DNA of 64,000 bases from assembly GCA_034429675.1 (NCBI GenBank), contig DAOUFX010000230.1, forward strand, positions 2,339-66,338, written 5' to 3'. This document shows positions 1-8,436 of the stretch, one piece after another. Under the pieces are notes generated by a model. The model was given only the letters and a program-made list of their open reading frames with translations. It searched no databases and had not been told where the DNA came from. Both the position numbers and the translations under genes were made by a program. This DNA is from Anaerolineae bacterium (GTDB lineage: Bacteria; Chloroflexota; Anaerolineae; B4-G1; SLSP01). Position 1 is the first letter of the stretch; each line of letters begins with the position of its first letter.

Positions 1-418
1 GGATTCCCTGGCGTTCGCGGCAGATGCAGTTGGCGTTGATGAGAATCGTTTGCATGGCTGACGGGATGACCAGGAAGGCATCGGTGCGCGGGTTGTAAGG
101 GAACGAAATTCCCAGGCCCACGTGGATGGGCTCTTTGTGCCCCCGGCGTGTGTGGATGACGTAGACATTGGGCGTTACCACGACTGTCTGCCAGAGCCAG
201 AACCCGGTGATGCGGTAATCCGGCGGGCGTACCGAGACAGGGATGCCGTTAAACCCGTGCGGTTGCGGCGCCTGTGACGGCCCGCCGGCGGGGGCGCTCA
301 TCACTGCGGCCTGGGCAGGCGCAAGGGCGCGCCGCTTGTTTAGCTGGCGGTCCAGTTTCTCTTGTTCTTCCAACACCTGTTCCATGTAAACATTTCCGGG
401 ATTATCTTGTTTGCTCAT
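1..418 (-). CDS. hypothetical protein, N-terminal part (gene runs off the window edge); possible SPFH/band-7-like N-terminus
   Basis: Reverse-strand ORF starts at ATG 418..416 (translation MSKQDNPGNVYMEQVLEEQEKLD...) and is preceded by a GAGGAG Shine-Dalgarno (plus 424..429). The ORF stays open to position 1. The segment ...GFWLWQTVVVTPNVYVIHTRRGHKEPIHVGLGISFPYNP resembles the start of SPFH-domain proteins, but weakly. It is absent from the supplied ORF track because it is truncated. Confidence 0.45.
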   Translation of the reverse strand, partial: MSKQDNPGNVYMEQVLEEQEKLDRQLNKRRALAPAQAAVMSAPAGGPSQAPQPHGFNGIPVSVRPPDYRITGFWLWQTVVVTPNVYVIHTRRGHKEPIHVGLGISFPYNPRTDAFLVIPSAMQTILINANCICRERQGI

Positions 419-501
419 TGGTCTCTCCTCAGAAAATAGTCGAAAGTCAAAAGTCAAAAAGTTGAAAATCCATAGCCGCTTCTGACGACTGGGTTAAAGA
501 G

Positions 502-539
502 GGTATTTTTGCACACGGTATCCCGTGTGCAAAAATACC
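502..539. repeat. perfect 17-bp inverted repeat with 4-nt spacer (GGTATTTTTGCACACGG tatc CCGTGTGCAAAAATACC); candidate operator or structured RNA element
   Basis: Read directly from the sequence: 502..518 is the exact reverse complement of 523..539. It lies in the intergenic region upstream of the minus-strand gene start at 418. No U-run follows on either strand, so it is not a classic intrinsic terminator. Confidence 0.6.
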
Positions 540-697
540 TTCCTTAATCTCTGATATGTAAGGTGCGATTTTCATCCCCCGCTGGTGAACCGCCGGTTTA
601 CGATGAATTCTTCATTATTCTATATCGGATTGATAAGTCGTCCAATGATAGCTGTCACAGGGGCAATCTCATGATAGGGGCAAATCTGCATTTTTGT

Positions 698-757
698 AGA
701 GACGCAAGATCTTGCGTCTCTCTCCGCATAGAAGAAGACGCAAGATTTTGCGTCTCT
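698..757. promoter_or_regulatory. two tandem palindromic sites, AGAGACGCAAGATCTTGCGTCTCT at 698..721 and AGACGCAAGATTTTGCGTCTCT at 736..757; candidate dimeric transcription-factor operators upstream of the AAA ATPase gene
   Basis: Both sites share the half-site AGACGCAA(N4)TTGCGTCT. Their centres are ~37 bp apart (about 3.5 helical turns). They lie 90–150 bp upstream of the start codon at 849. Track ORFs 563..763 and 620..826 merely span these palindromes. Confidence 0.5.
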
Positions 758-848
758 ACTTGACCCCATGACGCTTTGGGACACAATCAGGTAAATACAG
801 TCTATGTTGTCTGACCTGGCGCACACTATGCGCCGTGCAGGAGGAAGA

Positions 849-2249
849 ATGTCATCTCAAGACCAAGCGTTGATTCAGGCGCTGCGCGCAGCGCTGGCCA
901 ATGCGCCGGAATCTGCCCCGTTGCACAAGCATCTGGGAGACTTGTTGATGGCCGAAAGCGCTTATGCTGAAGCCATCGAGGAGTACCGGGCAGCGCTCAA
1001 TCTCGATCCGGAGGATGTGCCGCTCAAGTTGGCTTTGGCCGGGGCATACGATCGCGCCGGTAAGTATCCGGTGGCGTTGGTTATTTTGGAGGAATTGTTG
1101 AATGGCGCTGCTCCGTCCGCGCCGGTTTATCTGTTGGCAGCGCGCGTTTATCTTGCGGCGGGGCAGGAGCGCCGGGCGGCGGAACTGTATCGGCAGGCGC
1201 TCCTCAAAGATGCCACATTGGGCGATGCGGAGCTGGAATCGCGTTTGCCGTTGGGCGACCTGATCCCGGCGCGCGCTTCCGGCGACGCGCCGGCGGCGGA
1301 GGCTGCGCCCGGCGAGCTGGTCTTCGTCACGGCTGAGTCGCCGGGCGGCGCGGCGGAGGTGGACATTGAACGCCCTGCGATCACCTTCAACGATGTCGGC
1401 GGGATGGAGAAGCTCAAGGAGGAGATTCGGATGAAAATTATTTATCCGATTTCTCATCCTGAAATTTACCGGGCCTATGGGAAAAAGACGGGCGGCGGCA
1501 TTTTGATGTACGGCCCGCCCGGCTGCGGCAAAACGTACATCGCGCGGGCCACCGCCGGCGAGGTGCACGCTGCTTTCATGTCGGTGGGGTTGCACGAAGT
1601 GCTCGACATGTACCTGGGCCAAAGCGAACAAAACCTGCACCGTATTTTCGATCTGGCGCGGCGCAATACCCCTTGCGTGTTGTTTTTCGACGAGGTGGAT
1701 GCGCTGGGCGCGAAACGGTCGGATATGCGCACCAGCGGCATCCGGCAGGTTATCAATCAATTTTTGGCAGAGATGGATGGCGTCAACACTTCCAACGAGG
1801 GTGTGCTGATTTTGGCCGCAACCAATGCGCCGTGGCATTTGGATTCGGCGCTGCGACGACCGGGGCGTTTCGATCGCGTGCTTTTTGTTTCTCCGCCGGA
1901 TGCGCTTGCGCGTGAAGCCATTCTGCGGCTGATGCTCTCCGGCAAGCCGGTGCAGGATATGGACTACAGCCGGTTGGCGCGGGAAACGGAGGGGTTCTCC
2001 GGGGCGGATATGCAAGGCGTCATTGATCGTGCGGTTGAGGCGAAGCTTCACGAAGCCATGAAAAGCGGGTTGCCGCGTCCGTTGAAAACGGCGGATCTGC
2101 TCGCTGTCATCAAAACCGTGCGCCCGACGACGCAGGAATGGTTCGAAACGGCGCGCAATTATGCTTTGTATGCCAACCAGGGCGGCGCTTATGATGACGT
2201 GTTGGCCTATCTCAAACAGACCGGGCGCGGCGGTTTATTCTCGCGCTAG
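849..2249 (+). CDS. AAA+ family ATPase with N-terminal TPR repeats
   Basis: A strong Shine-Dalgarno AGGAGG (838..843) lies 5 nt before ATG 849, the in-frame internal start of track ORF 804..2249. Walker A is GPPGCGKT, Walker B is VLFFDEVDALG, and the second region of homology is ILAATNAPWHLDSALRRPGRFDR. The N-terminus carries TPR-like repeats (AYAEAIEEYRAALNLDPEDVP...). Confidence 0.85.
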   Translation: MSSQDQALIQALRAALANAPESAPLHKHLGDLLMAESAYAEAIEEYRAALNLDPEDVPLKLALAGAYDRAGKYPVALVILEELLNGAAPSAPVYLLAARVYLAAGQERRAAELYRQALLKDATLGDAELESRLPLGDLIPARASGDAPAAEAAPGELVFVTAESPGGAAEVDIERPAITFNDVGGMEKLKEEIRMKIIYPISHPEIYRAYGKKTGGGILMYGPPGCGKTYIARATAGEVHAAFMSVGLHEVLDMYLGQSEQNLHRIFDLARRNTPCVLFFDEVDALGAKRSDMRTSGIRQVINQFLAEMDGVNTSNEGVLILAATNAPWHLDSALRRPGRFDRVLFVSPPDALAREAILRLMLSGKPVQDMDYSRLARETEGFSGADMQGVIDRAVEAKLHEAMKSGLPRPLKTADLLAVIKTVRPTTQEWFETARNYALYANQGGAYDDVLAYLKQTGRGGLFSR

Positions 2250-2258
2250 GAACCGGCG

Positions 2259-3560
2259 ATGACCATAGATTTGACCCGCGCGCAGATATTGCTGGATACG
2301 CAGCGTTATCAAGACGCCGAAGCCGAATTGCGCCAGGTTTTATCCCGTGAGCCGACCCACGCGCGGGCGCACGCGCTGTTAGCTTATACCCTCTACCAGC
2401 GGAATCTTCACCCGGCGGCTTTGCATGAAGCACAGGTGGCCATCGGCCTGGAGCCGACGCAGGCGCACTTCTACTATATCAAAGCGTTGATCCTTGTTGC
2501 CAGCGACAAAGATGGCCGGGCGCTGTCGGCCATCCAGGAAGCCATGCGGCTCGACCCGGAGGTCCCTGCCTACTACGCGACGTTGGCGCTGCTTTACACC
2601 AGGAAAAAGGCCTGGCAACAGGCCGTGCGCGCAGCGGAAGCCGGGTTGCAGTTGGCCCCCGACCATGTCGGGTGCGCCAATATGCGGGCGATGGCGTTGG
2701 TGAACCTGGGGAAGCCGGATGCCGCACAACAGACGCTTGCTGCAACGTTGGCGCGCGAACCGGAGAACCCGTTGACCCATGCCAATCAGGGGTGGGCCTG
2801 TTTGCATCGTGGGGATCAGGCAAAGGCATTCGAACACTTTCGCGAGGCGCTGCGGCTGGACCCGACCTCCGGCTGGGCGCGAGCTGGCATCATCGAAGCA
2901 ATGAAGGCGCGCAACCCGATCTATCGTTGGCTGTTGCGCTATTTTTTGTGGATGTCGCGTCTGACCGATGAAGAACAGTGGGGCGCCGTTGCCTTCATCA
3001 CGGGGGCGCGGCGCGCTCTGGTCATATTGGCGCGGCAGATTCCCATTCTGTATGTCATCGTCGCGCCGATTTTGCTGCTGTACTTTTTCTTCGTTTTTCT
3101 TACCTGGACGGGTCGCCCGCTTTTCGCTTTATTCCTGCGCCTGGATCGTTTTGGCCGGTTGGCATTGCCCAGAGACGAGATCGTCGCTTCGAACTGGGTG
3201 GGCGCTTGTCTGGGCGCCGGCATCTTCGGGGCAGTGATGGGCGTGTTGGCTGCCATTCCCAGCGTCTTGTGGCAATGGCCTTTTTTCACCCCGGGGTTTT
3301 TGATTCTGGCCATTGCCGGCTTTTTATTGATGATGCCGGTTGCGGGCATTTTCCGTTGTCATCCCGGCGGTTGGCGTACCGCGCTGATCATTTACACCGG
3401 GTTGCTGGCCTCGATCGGGTTGCTGGCGTCTACTCTGGCGCTTATTCCGACTCCGTGGGGCATGGGGCTGGGGTTGGGACTGGGGCTGGTGTTTCTGGTC
3501 GGGTGGGTCATCTCCTCGTGGGTGGCGAGCCTGTTCATCGTCTTCGCGCAACCTTCTTGA
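2259..3560 (+). CDS. TPR-repeat protein with C-terminal polytopic membrane domain
   Basis: The N-terminal ~230 aa hold multiple TPR-like repeats (AHALLAYTLYQRNLHPAALHEAQVAIGLEP, AYYATLALLYTRKKAWQQAVRAAEAGLQLAP). The C-terminal ~200 aa are hydrophobic with 5–6 predicted TM helices and end in a GLGLGLGL tract. The start codon lies 9 nt after the stop of the AAA ATPase gene. Confidence 0.75.
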   Translation: MTIDLTRAQILLDTQRYQDAEAELRQVLSREPTHARAHALLAYTLYQRNLHPAALHEAQVAIGLEPTQAHFYYIKALILVASDKDGRALSAIQEAMRLDPEVPAYYATLALLYTRKKAWQQAVRAAEAGLQLAPDHVGCANMRAMALVNLGKPDAAQQTLAATLAREPENPLTHANQGWACLHRGDQAKAFEHFREALRLDPTSGWARAGIIEAMKARNPIYRWLLRYFLWMSRLTDEEQWGAVAFITGARRALVILARQIPILYVIVAPILLLYFFFVFLTWTGRPLFALFLRLDRFGRLALPRDEIVASNWVGACLGAGIFGAVMGVLAAIPSVLWQWPFFTPGFLILAIAGFLLMMPVAGIFRCHPGGWRTALIIYTGLLASIGLLASTLALIPTPWGMGLGLGLGLVFLVGWVISSWVASLFIVFAQPS

Positions 3561-3639
3561 CTTTTCCGCGTATCACCTCTACAATGGTTACGGTGCAACA
3601 AACCGTATAAATCTTAGGCACTAAAAAGGAGCAGAAAAC

Positions 3640-3978
3640 ATGGATCAATCCGCTGGACTTCCTCAGATGGACATTACAGATGATGATAAGCTATGGGCAT
3701 TGTTAAGCTGGATCGGTGCGCCTATTGTTCCCATTATCATGGTACTATGGGAAGAGAAGAAGGCGCGTCCTTTCATTAAATACAATGCGATGCAGGCGTT
3801 GGTCATTGGTGCCGTTGCCTATGTTATCTCCTCTGTTTTATCCACCGTTTTAATCGGTTGTTTTACCGGCCCCTTGTCCTTTATCTATTTCATTTACCTT
3901 GGTATTCAGGCTTACGGGGGCAAGGTAGTGACGGTGCCCGTCGTCACCGACTTCTGCAAGAACCAGGGTTGGCTCTAA
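3640..3978 (+). CDS. small membrane protein, DUF4870-like
   Basis: An AAGGAG Shine-Dalgarno lies 7 nt before ATG 3640. The segment ...LLSWIGAPIVPIIMVLWEEKKARPFIKYNAMQALVIG... fits the DUF4870 pattern (membrane helix, K/D-x-F-V/I-K/R-[FY]-[HN]-A-x-Q-[SA]). There are two or three TM helices. An intrinsic terminator follows the stop. Confidence 0.6.
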   Translation: MDQSAGLPQMDITDDDKLWALLSWIGAPIVPIIMVLWEEKKARPFIKYNAMQALVIGAVAYVISSVLSTVLIGCFTGPLSFIYFIYLGIQAYGGKVVTVPVVTDFCKNQGWL

Positions 3979-4003
3979 TTTAATAGGTACGGTCATTTAA
4001 AAA

Positions 4004-4032
4004 GCGGCTTCCTTTATGGAAGCCGCTTTTTT
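4004..4032 (+). terminator. rho-independent terminator (GCGGCTTCC tttat GGAAGCCGC TTTTTT)
   Basis: Read directly from the sequence: a 9-bp GC-rich stem (4004..4012 pairs with 4018..4026), a 5-nt loop and a T6 run at 4027..4032, 26 nt after the stop at 3978. An A-run precedes it, so it could act in both directions. It overlaps the first 17 nt of track ORF 4016..5848, which argues for a later RecJ start. Confidence 0.85.
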
Positions 4033-4120
4033 GACGCCTTTATATCCGCGTGGTATACTGCCTCTCACTATAAGAATTCCAGATGGCTTCTTTGCGATAG
4101 ATCTGGACATGGAGTGCGTT

Positions 4121-5848
4121 ATGGGAATTGTGGAACGCAAGCGCTGGCAAGTGGCGCCGCCTGCCCCACCGAGTTTTTTTGAACAATTATCGCCGCTTAA
4201 TCCGCTCGTCGCTCAGGTGCTTTACAACCGTGGCATTACAAATCCTGAGACTGTGGCTATGTTTGTCAACGGCATCCTGTCCATGAACAACCCCTTCAAT
4301 TTGACGGGCGTGGATGTCGCGGTGCCCTTGATCCGACAGGCTGTGGCGAGACGATTGCCGGTGGTAGTGTATGGCGACTACGACGTGGACGGCGTGACCG
4401 CTTGCGCCGTGTTGGTGCAGGTGCTCCATGCTCTGGGCGCCACAGTGCTGACGTACATCCCCAAACGTGACGATGAAGGGTACGGCTTGAACAAAGAAGC
4501 CATCACTTCCTTATACGAGGAAGGGGTGCGGGTTCTGATTACCGTGGATTGCGGGATTCGCTCGTTAGAAGAGGTGGCTTTGGCGCGGCAATTGGGCATG
4601 ATCGTGATTGTGACCGATCACCACCACGTCGGCGAGGCTTTGCCGGTGGCTCACGCTGTGATTAACCCGCGACAACCGGGATGCCGGTATCCATTCAAAG
4701 ACCTGGCTGGCGTAGGCGTTGCCTACAAGCTGGCGCAAGCGTTGTTGCGCGCCAACCATCAGGTGCCGCTGCCCCACAGCCGGCGCGACATAGACGAGAA
4801 GAATCTGCTGGATCTGGTCGCATTGGGCACGGTGGCCGACATGGTGCCGCTGCTGGGTGAGAACCATGTGCTGGTAGCTCAGGGATTGGCGCAGATCAAT
4901 GCGGCGCGCCGCCCCGGCCTTAGCGCCTTGATGTCGGTGACCGGGACCGATCCGGGAAAGATCACCACCAATACGATCAGTTTTGCGATGGCGCCCCGGC
5001 TCAATGCGGCGGGCCGCATCAGTGAGGCGATGACGGCGCTGGATTTGCTGCTCGCGCCGGATATGACCGTGGCGTTGCCGCTGGCGCAGGAGCTAGACGC
5101 TCTCAACGCCGAACGGCGGACGATGACGTTGGAGGTTCAGGATCGAGCCAGACGGATGGTTTTGGACGCAGAGACGATACCTCCGCTGCTTTTCGCCGCC
5201 TCAGACGACTTCCCTCATGGCGTGGTGGGTCTGGCGGCCAGCCGGCTGTTGGATGATTTTTACCGTCCCTCGGTGGTGGTGGCGATTGAAGGCGAATTCA
5301 GCAAGGGATCGGCGCGCTCCATTCCCGAATTTCACATTACCCAGGCGTTGGACACAATGCCGGACTTGCTGGTGCGTTATGGCGGGCATGCGGCCGCTGC
5401 CGGGTTCACCGTGCGCACGGAGCTGCTATCGGAGTTCAAGGGGCGCCTCGTCGCGTTGGCGCAAAAGCAACTGGTCGGTTTGATGTTGAAGCCGTCCTTG
5501 TCCATAGATATTGACGCGCCACTCCAGATGCTCTCGTGGGATCTGTTTAACGAGATGGAAAAATTGCAACCGTTTGGCTATGGCAACCCGCTGCCGGTGT
5601 TTGTCAGCCGCCGGGTTTCTGTGCGCAGCGCGCGGGCCGTCGGCGCTGACGGGCGCCACCTCAAGTTGATTGTCGCCGATGAGCAGGGCAAGCAGTGGGA
5701 TGCCATTGCTTTCCGCCAGGGGGATTGGATCGGGCGTCTGCCCGCCTATATTGATCTTGTGTATACTTTGGAAGCCAATGAGTGGAACGGGCGGGTCACG
5801 CTCCAATTGAACGTGCAGGATATTCACTTCGCAGATTCATCTTCATAA
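4121..5848 (+). CDS. recJ: single-stranded-DNA-specific exonuclease RecJ (DHH/DHHA1 family)
   Basis: DHH motifs are present: VVVYGDYDVDGVTACAVL, ITVDCGIRS and VIVTDHHH. The RecJ-typical C-terminal OB-like region follows. The start is set at ATG 4121, preceded by GGAG at 4111..4114, because the track ORF start at 4016 overlaps the upstream terminator. ATG 4109 is an alternative. Confidence 0.85.
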   Translation: MGIVERKRWQVAPPAPPSFFEQLSPLNPLVAQVLYNRGITNPETVAMFVNGILSMNNPFNLTGVDVAVPLIRQAVARRLPVVVYGDYDVDGVTACAVLVQVLHALGATVLTYIPKRDDEGYGLNKEAITSLYEEGVRVLITVDCGIRSLEEVALARQLGMIVIVTDHHHVGEALPVAHAVINPRQPGCRYPFKDLAGVGVAYKLAQALLRANHQVPLPHSRRDIDEKNLLDLVALGTVADMVPLLGENHVLVAQGLAQINAARRPGLSALMSVTGTDPGKITTNTISFAMAPRLNAAGRISEAMTALDLLLAPDMTVALPLAQELDALNAERRTMTLEVQDRARRMVLDAETIPPLLFAASDDFPHGVVGLAASRLLDDFYRPSVVVAIEGEFSKGSARSIPEFHITQALDTMPDLLVRYGGHAAAAGFTVRTELLSEFKGRLVALAQKQLVGLMLKPSLSIDIDAPLQMLSWDLFNEMEKLQPFGYGNPLPVFVSRRVSVRSARAVGADGRHLKLIVADEQGKQWDAIAFRQGDWIGRLPAYIDLVYTLEANEWNGRVTLQLNVQDIHFADSSS

Positions 5849-5866
5849 GGGTCAGGTAATTCCATA

Positions 5867-6820
5867 ATGAAAATTCTTGTGACCGGCGCGGCGGGTTTTA
5901 TCGGCAGCCATCTGGCCGAGACATTGCTTCAGCGCGGCGATGTCGTGGTTGGGCTGGACAACTTCAATGATTATTACGATCCTGCGCGGAAGCGGGCGAA
6001 CGCGGCGCTTCTGGCGGCTTATCCCAACTTTGTGTTGCACACGGTAGATGTGCGGGATGAAGCATCGGTTGCGCACATCCTGGCCGATGGCAGTTTTGAC
6101 GCGGTCGCGCATTTGGCCGCTATGGCCGGAGTGCGCTATTCTATCGAACGCGCTCCGCTCTATACCGATGTGAACATTCGTGGCACGGTCAATGTGTTGG
6201 AAGGAATGCGCCATGCCGGCGTCCCGCACATCGTTTTTGCTTCAACCTCGTCCGTTTACGGTAAAACCGACCGGCTGCCGTTTCAGGAAGACGATGCGCT
6301 CGGCAAGCCATTGGCCTCTTACCCCGCCAGCAAGATCGCCGGGGAGTTGATGGGCTACACGTATCATAACCTCTTCCAGATGTCATTCACAGCAGTGCGC
6401 TTCTTTAGCGTCTACGGCCCACGTGGCCGTCCCGATATGATGCCTTACCAGATTACCGATAGCATCGTTCACGACCGGGTTTTCAAACTTTACAATAGCG
6501 GCGAAATGTACCGCGATTGGACCTACGTGGGCGATATTGTCAAAGGAATTGTGGCGGCATTGGAGCGCCCGTTGGGCTATGCCTGCATGAATCTGGGACG
6601 CGGCGAGCCGGTGCGTATGGGCGATTTCGTCTCGTTGGTGGAGCGGCTGGTCGGAAAGCCGGCCCGGATGGAGACGCCTCCCGCGCCTGCCAGCGAGCCG
6701 CCGATTACATACGCCGATATTACGAAAGCTCGTGAATCGCTTGGTTACGCTCCGCATGTGTCGGTTGAAGAGGGCATGACTCGCTTCTGGGAGTGGTATC
6801 AGGCCAATATCCTCGATTGA
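5867..6820 (+). CDS. NAD-dependent epimerase/dehydratase (SDR family, UDP-sugar 4-epimerase-like)
   Basis: The N-terminal Rossmann motif is MKILVTGAAGFIGSHL. The catalytic YxxxK is in SYPASKIAGE. Length is 317 aa, with the NFNDYYDP and STSSVYG motifs typical of UDP-glucuronate or UDP-glucose 4-epimerases. Confidence 0.85.
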   Translation: MKILVTGAAGFIGSHLAETLLQRGDVVVGLDNFNDYYDPARKRANAALLAAYPNFVLHTVDVRDEASVAHILADGSFDAVAHLAAMAGVRYSIERAPLYTDVNIRGTVNVLEGMRHAGVPHIVFASTSSVYGKTDRLPFQEDDALGKPLASYPASKIAGELMGYTYHNLFQMSFTAVRFFSVYGPRGRPDMMPYQITDSIVHDRVFKLYNSGEMYRDWTYVGDIVKGIVAALERPLGYACMNLGRGEPVRMGDFVSLVERLVGKPARMETPPAPASEPPITYADITKARESLGYAPHVSVEEGMTRFWEWYQANILD

Positions 6821-6865
6821 CATTGATTGAACGAAACCCCGTTTGGTTCTTGACCTTTCAAAGGG

Positions 6866-8422
6866 ATGGATAGCAATTCAATGGACTCCGTCATTACAAT
6901 CACCGGTGAGCACCTGACCCTTGAGGACGTTGCGGCTGTGGCGCGTGGCGCGCACGCAAAGTTGGCGTCTTATGCCGAAACGACGATGGCGCGTTCCTGG
7001 GAAGGCGTGCAGACCCTGTTGGCCAACGGCGCGATTGCCTATGGAATCACCACGGGATTTGGCGCATTCAAGGGTCGCATTATTCCCCAGCATGAGGTCT
7101 CCGCATTGCAACGCAACCTGGTATTGAGCCATGCCGCCGGTGTTGGGCCGGCTCTGGATGAAGCGACGGTGCGCGCGATCATAGCGATACGGGCCAATAC
7201 GCTGGCCATGGGTTATTCCGGTATCCGTCCCCAGGTGGTCGCGACGTTGTTGGAATTGTTGAATCGCGGCGTGATGCCGGTGATTCCGGCTTATGGATCG
7301 TTGGGGGCCAGCGGCGATCTGGCGCCGCTGGCGCATCTGGCCTGTGTTCTCATCGGCGAAGGGGAGGCGTGGTTGGCGGGGGAACGCCTGCCCGGCGGGG
7401 CGGCATTGCAGCGCGTTGGATTGGAGCCGGTGGTGTTGGCCGCGAAAGAAGGTCTGGCGTTGATCAATGGGACGGCCGTCACGACGGCGATCGGCGCTTT
7501 GGTGTTGTTGCGCGCCGAGAATCTTTCGCGCGCCGCCGACATTGCCGGAGCCCTTTCGTTGGAGGCGATGCGCGGCACGACGGCTGCTTTCGATCCACGC
7601 TTGCATTTCGTGCGACCTCATCCGCGTCAGGTGGATGCCGCCGCTTACATGCGGCGGGTGTTATCGAATAGCACCTTCGTCCGCCCGCACGATCCCCGCG
7701 ACATTCAGGACGCCTACAGCCTGCGTTGTATACCGCAGGTTCACGGCGCCGTGCGCGATACAGTTGCTTACGCGCGTTGGGCGCTGGAAATCGAGCTTAA
7801 CGCCGTCACCGATAATCCCTTGATCTTTTTTGATGAGGCCGGTGCCCCCGAAGTGCTTTCCGGCGGCAATTTCCATGCGGAACCAATAGGCCTGGCTCTG
7901 GATTATCTCAAGTTGGGAATGGTTGCTTTGGGCAATATCAGCGAGCGGCGCACGGCGCGTCTGGTGGATGAGGCCTTGAGCAACGGGTTGCCGCCATTTC
8001 TGACCCGTCACGGGGGATTGGAGAGCGGCTTTATGATTGCTCAGTACACGGCGGCGGCGCTGGCTTCGCAAAACAAAGTGCTGGCGCATCCATCCACAGC
8101 GGATTCCATTCCCACCTCGGCCAATACGGAGGATCACGTCAGCATGGCGACCAACGCGGCGCACCATGCACGTCAGGTAGCGGGGAACGTCGAGCGTATC
8201 GTTGCGGTTGAGCTGTTGACGGCGGCGCAGGGCGTGGATTTTCGGCGTGAACAGCTCGGTCCGGTCGCGCGGTTGGGTAGGGGGACGGCTGCAGCCTATG
8301 TGTTGTTGCGATCGCGGGTGCCGTTTCAAGAGCATGATGCGCCGCTGGCGCCGTTGATCGAAGCTGTGGCCGGGTTGATCGCCAGCGGGGAATTGGTGTC
8401 AGCCGTGGATGCGGCTCTGTAA
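6866..8422 (+). CDS. MIO-dependent ammonia-lyase (histidine ammonia-lyase family; His versus aromatic substrate not resolvable here)
   Basis: The MIO-forming Ala-Ser-Gly triad sits in GSLGASGDLAPLAHLA. Conserved blocks GITTGFGAF and NLVLSHAAGVG are present. The 518-aa length is typical of HAL, TAL or PAL. No hutU or hutI homologue is adjacent. Confidence 0.8.
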   Translation: MDSNSMDSVITITGEHLTLEDVAAVARGAHAKLASYAETTMARSWEGVQTLLANGAIAYGITTGFGAFKGRIIPQHEVSALQRNLVLSHAAGVGPALDEATVRAIIAIRANTLAMGYSGIRPQVVATLLELLNRGVMPVIPAYGSLGASGDLAPLAHLACVLIGEGEAWLAGERLPGGAALQRVGLEPVVLAAKEGLALINGTAVTTAIGALVLLRAENLSRAADIAGALSLEAMRGTTAAFDPRLHFVRPHPRQVDAAAYMRRVLSNSTFVRPHDPRDIQDAYSLRCIPQVHGAVRDTVAYARWALEIELNAVTDNPLIFFDEAGAPEVLSGGNFHAEPIGLALDYLKLGMVALGNISERRTARLVDEALSNGLPPFLTRHGGLESGFMIAQYTAAALASQNKVLAHPSTADSIPTSANTEDHVSMATNAAHHARQVAGNVERIVAVELLTAAQGVDFRREQLGPVARLGRGTAAAYVLLRSRVPFQEHDAPLAPLIEAVAGLIASGELVSAVDAAL

Positions 8423-8436
8423 AGGCAGTAGCTTTC

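Noticed and set aside
274-465. Track ORF 274..465 (+), 63 aa
   Set aside because: It lies antisense to the better-supported minus-strand CDS 1..418, which has a GAGGAG ribosome-binding site and a coherent translation. It also has an Arg/Ala-rich composition typical of spurious frames in GC-rich DNA.
563-826. Track ORFs 563..763 (+) and 620..826 (-) in the region upstream of the AAA ATPase gene
   Set aside because: They merely span the two palindromic operator-like sites and the AT-rich promoter region. They have no ribosome-binding site, and their amino-acid composition is that of translated palindromes. They are treated as non-coding regulatory DNA.
852-2051. Long antisense ORFs inside real genes (for example 852..2051 minus, 399 aa; 6878..7621 minus; 7661..8335 minus; 48687..49514 minus; 61672..62706 minus; 32947..33759 minus)
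   Set aside because: All are R/A/G/P-rich low-complexity translations of the opposite strand of well-supported + strand genes with clear domains. Open antisense frames are expected at ~60% GC. They are not called.
3466-3490. Short nucleotide repeat gggctggggttgggactggggctgg encoding GLGLGLGL at the C-terminus of gene 2259..3560
   Set aside because: It is a low-complexity Gly-Leu tract inside a CDS. There is no evidence of an independent repeat element or slippage locus beyond this single short run.
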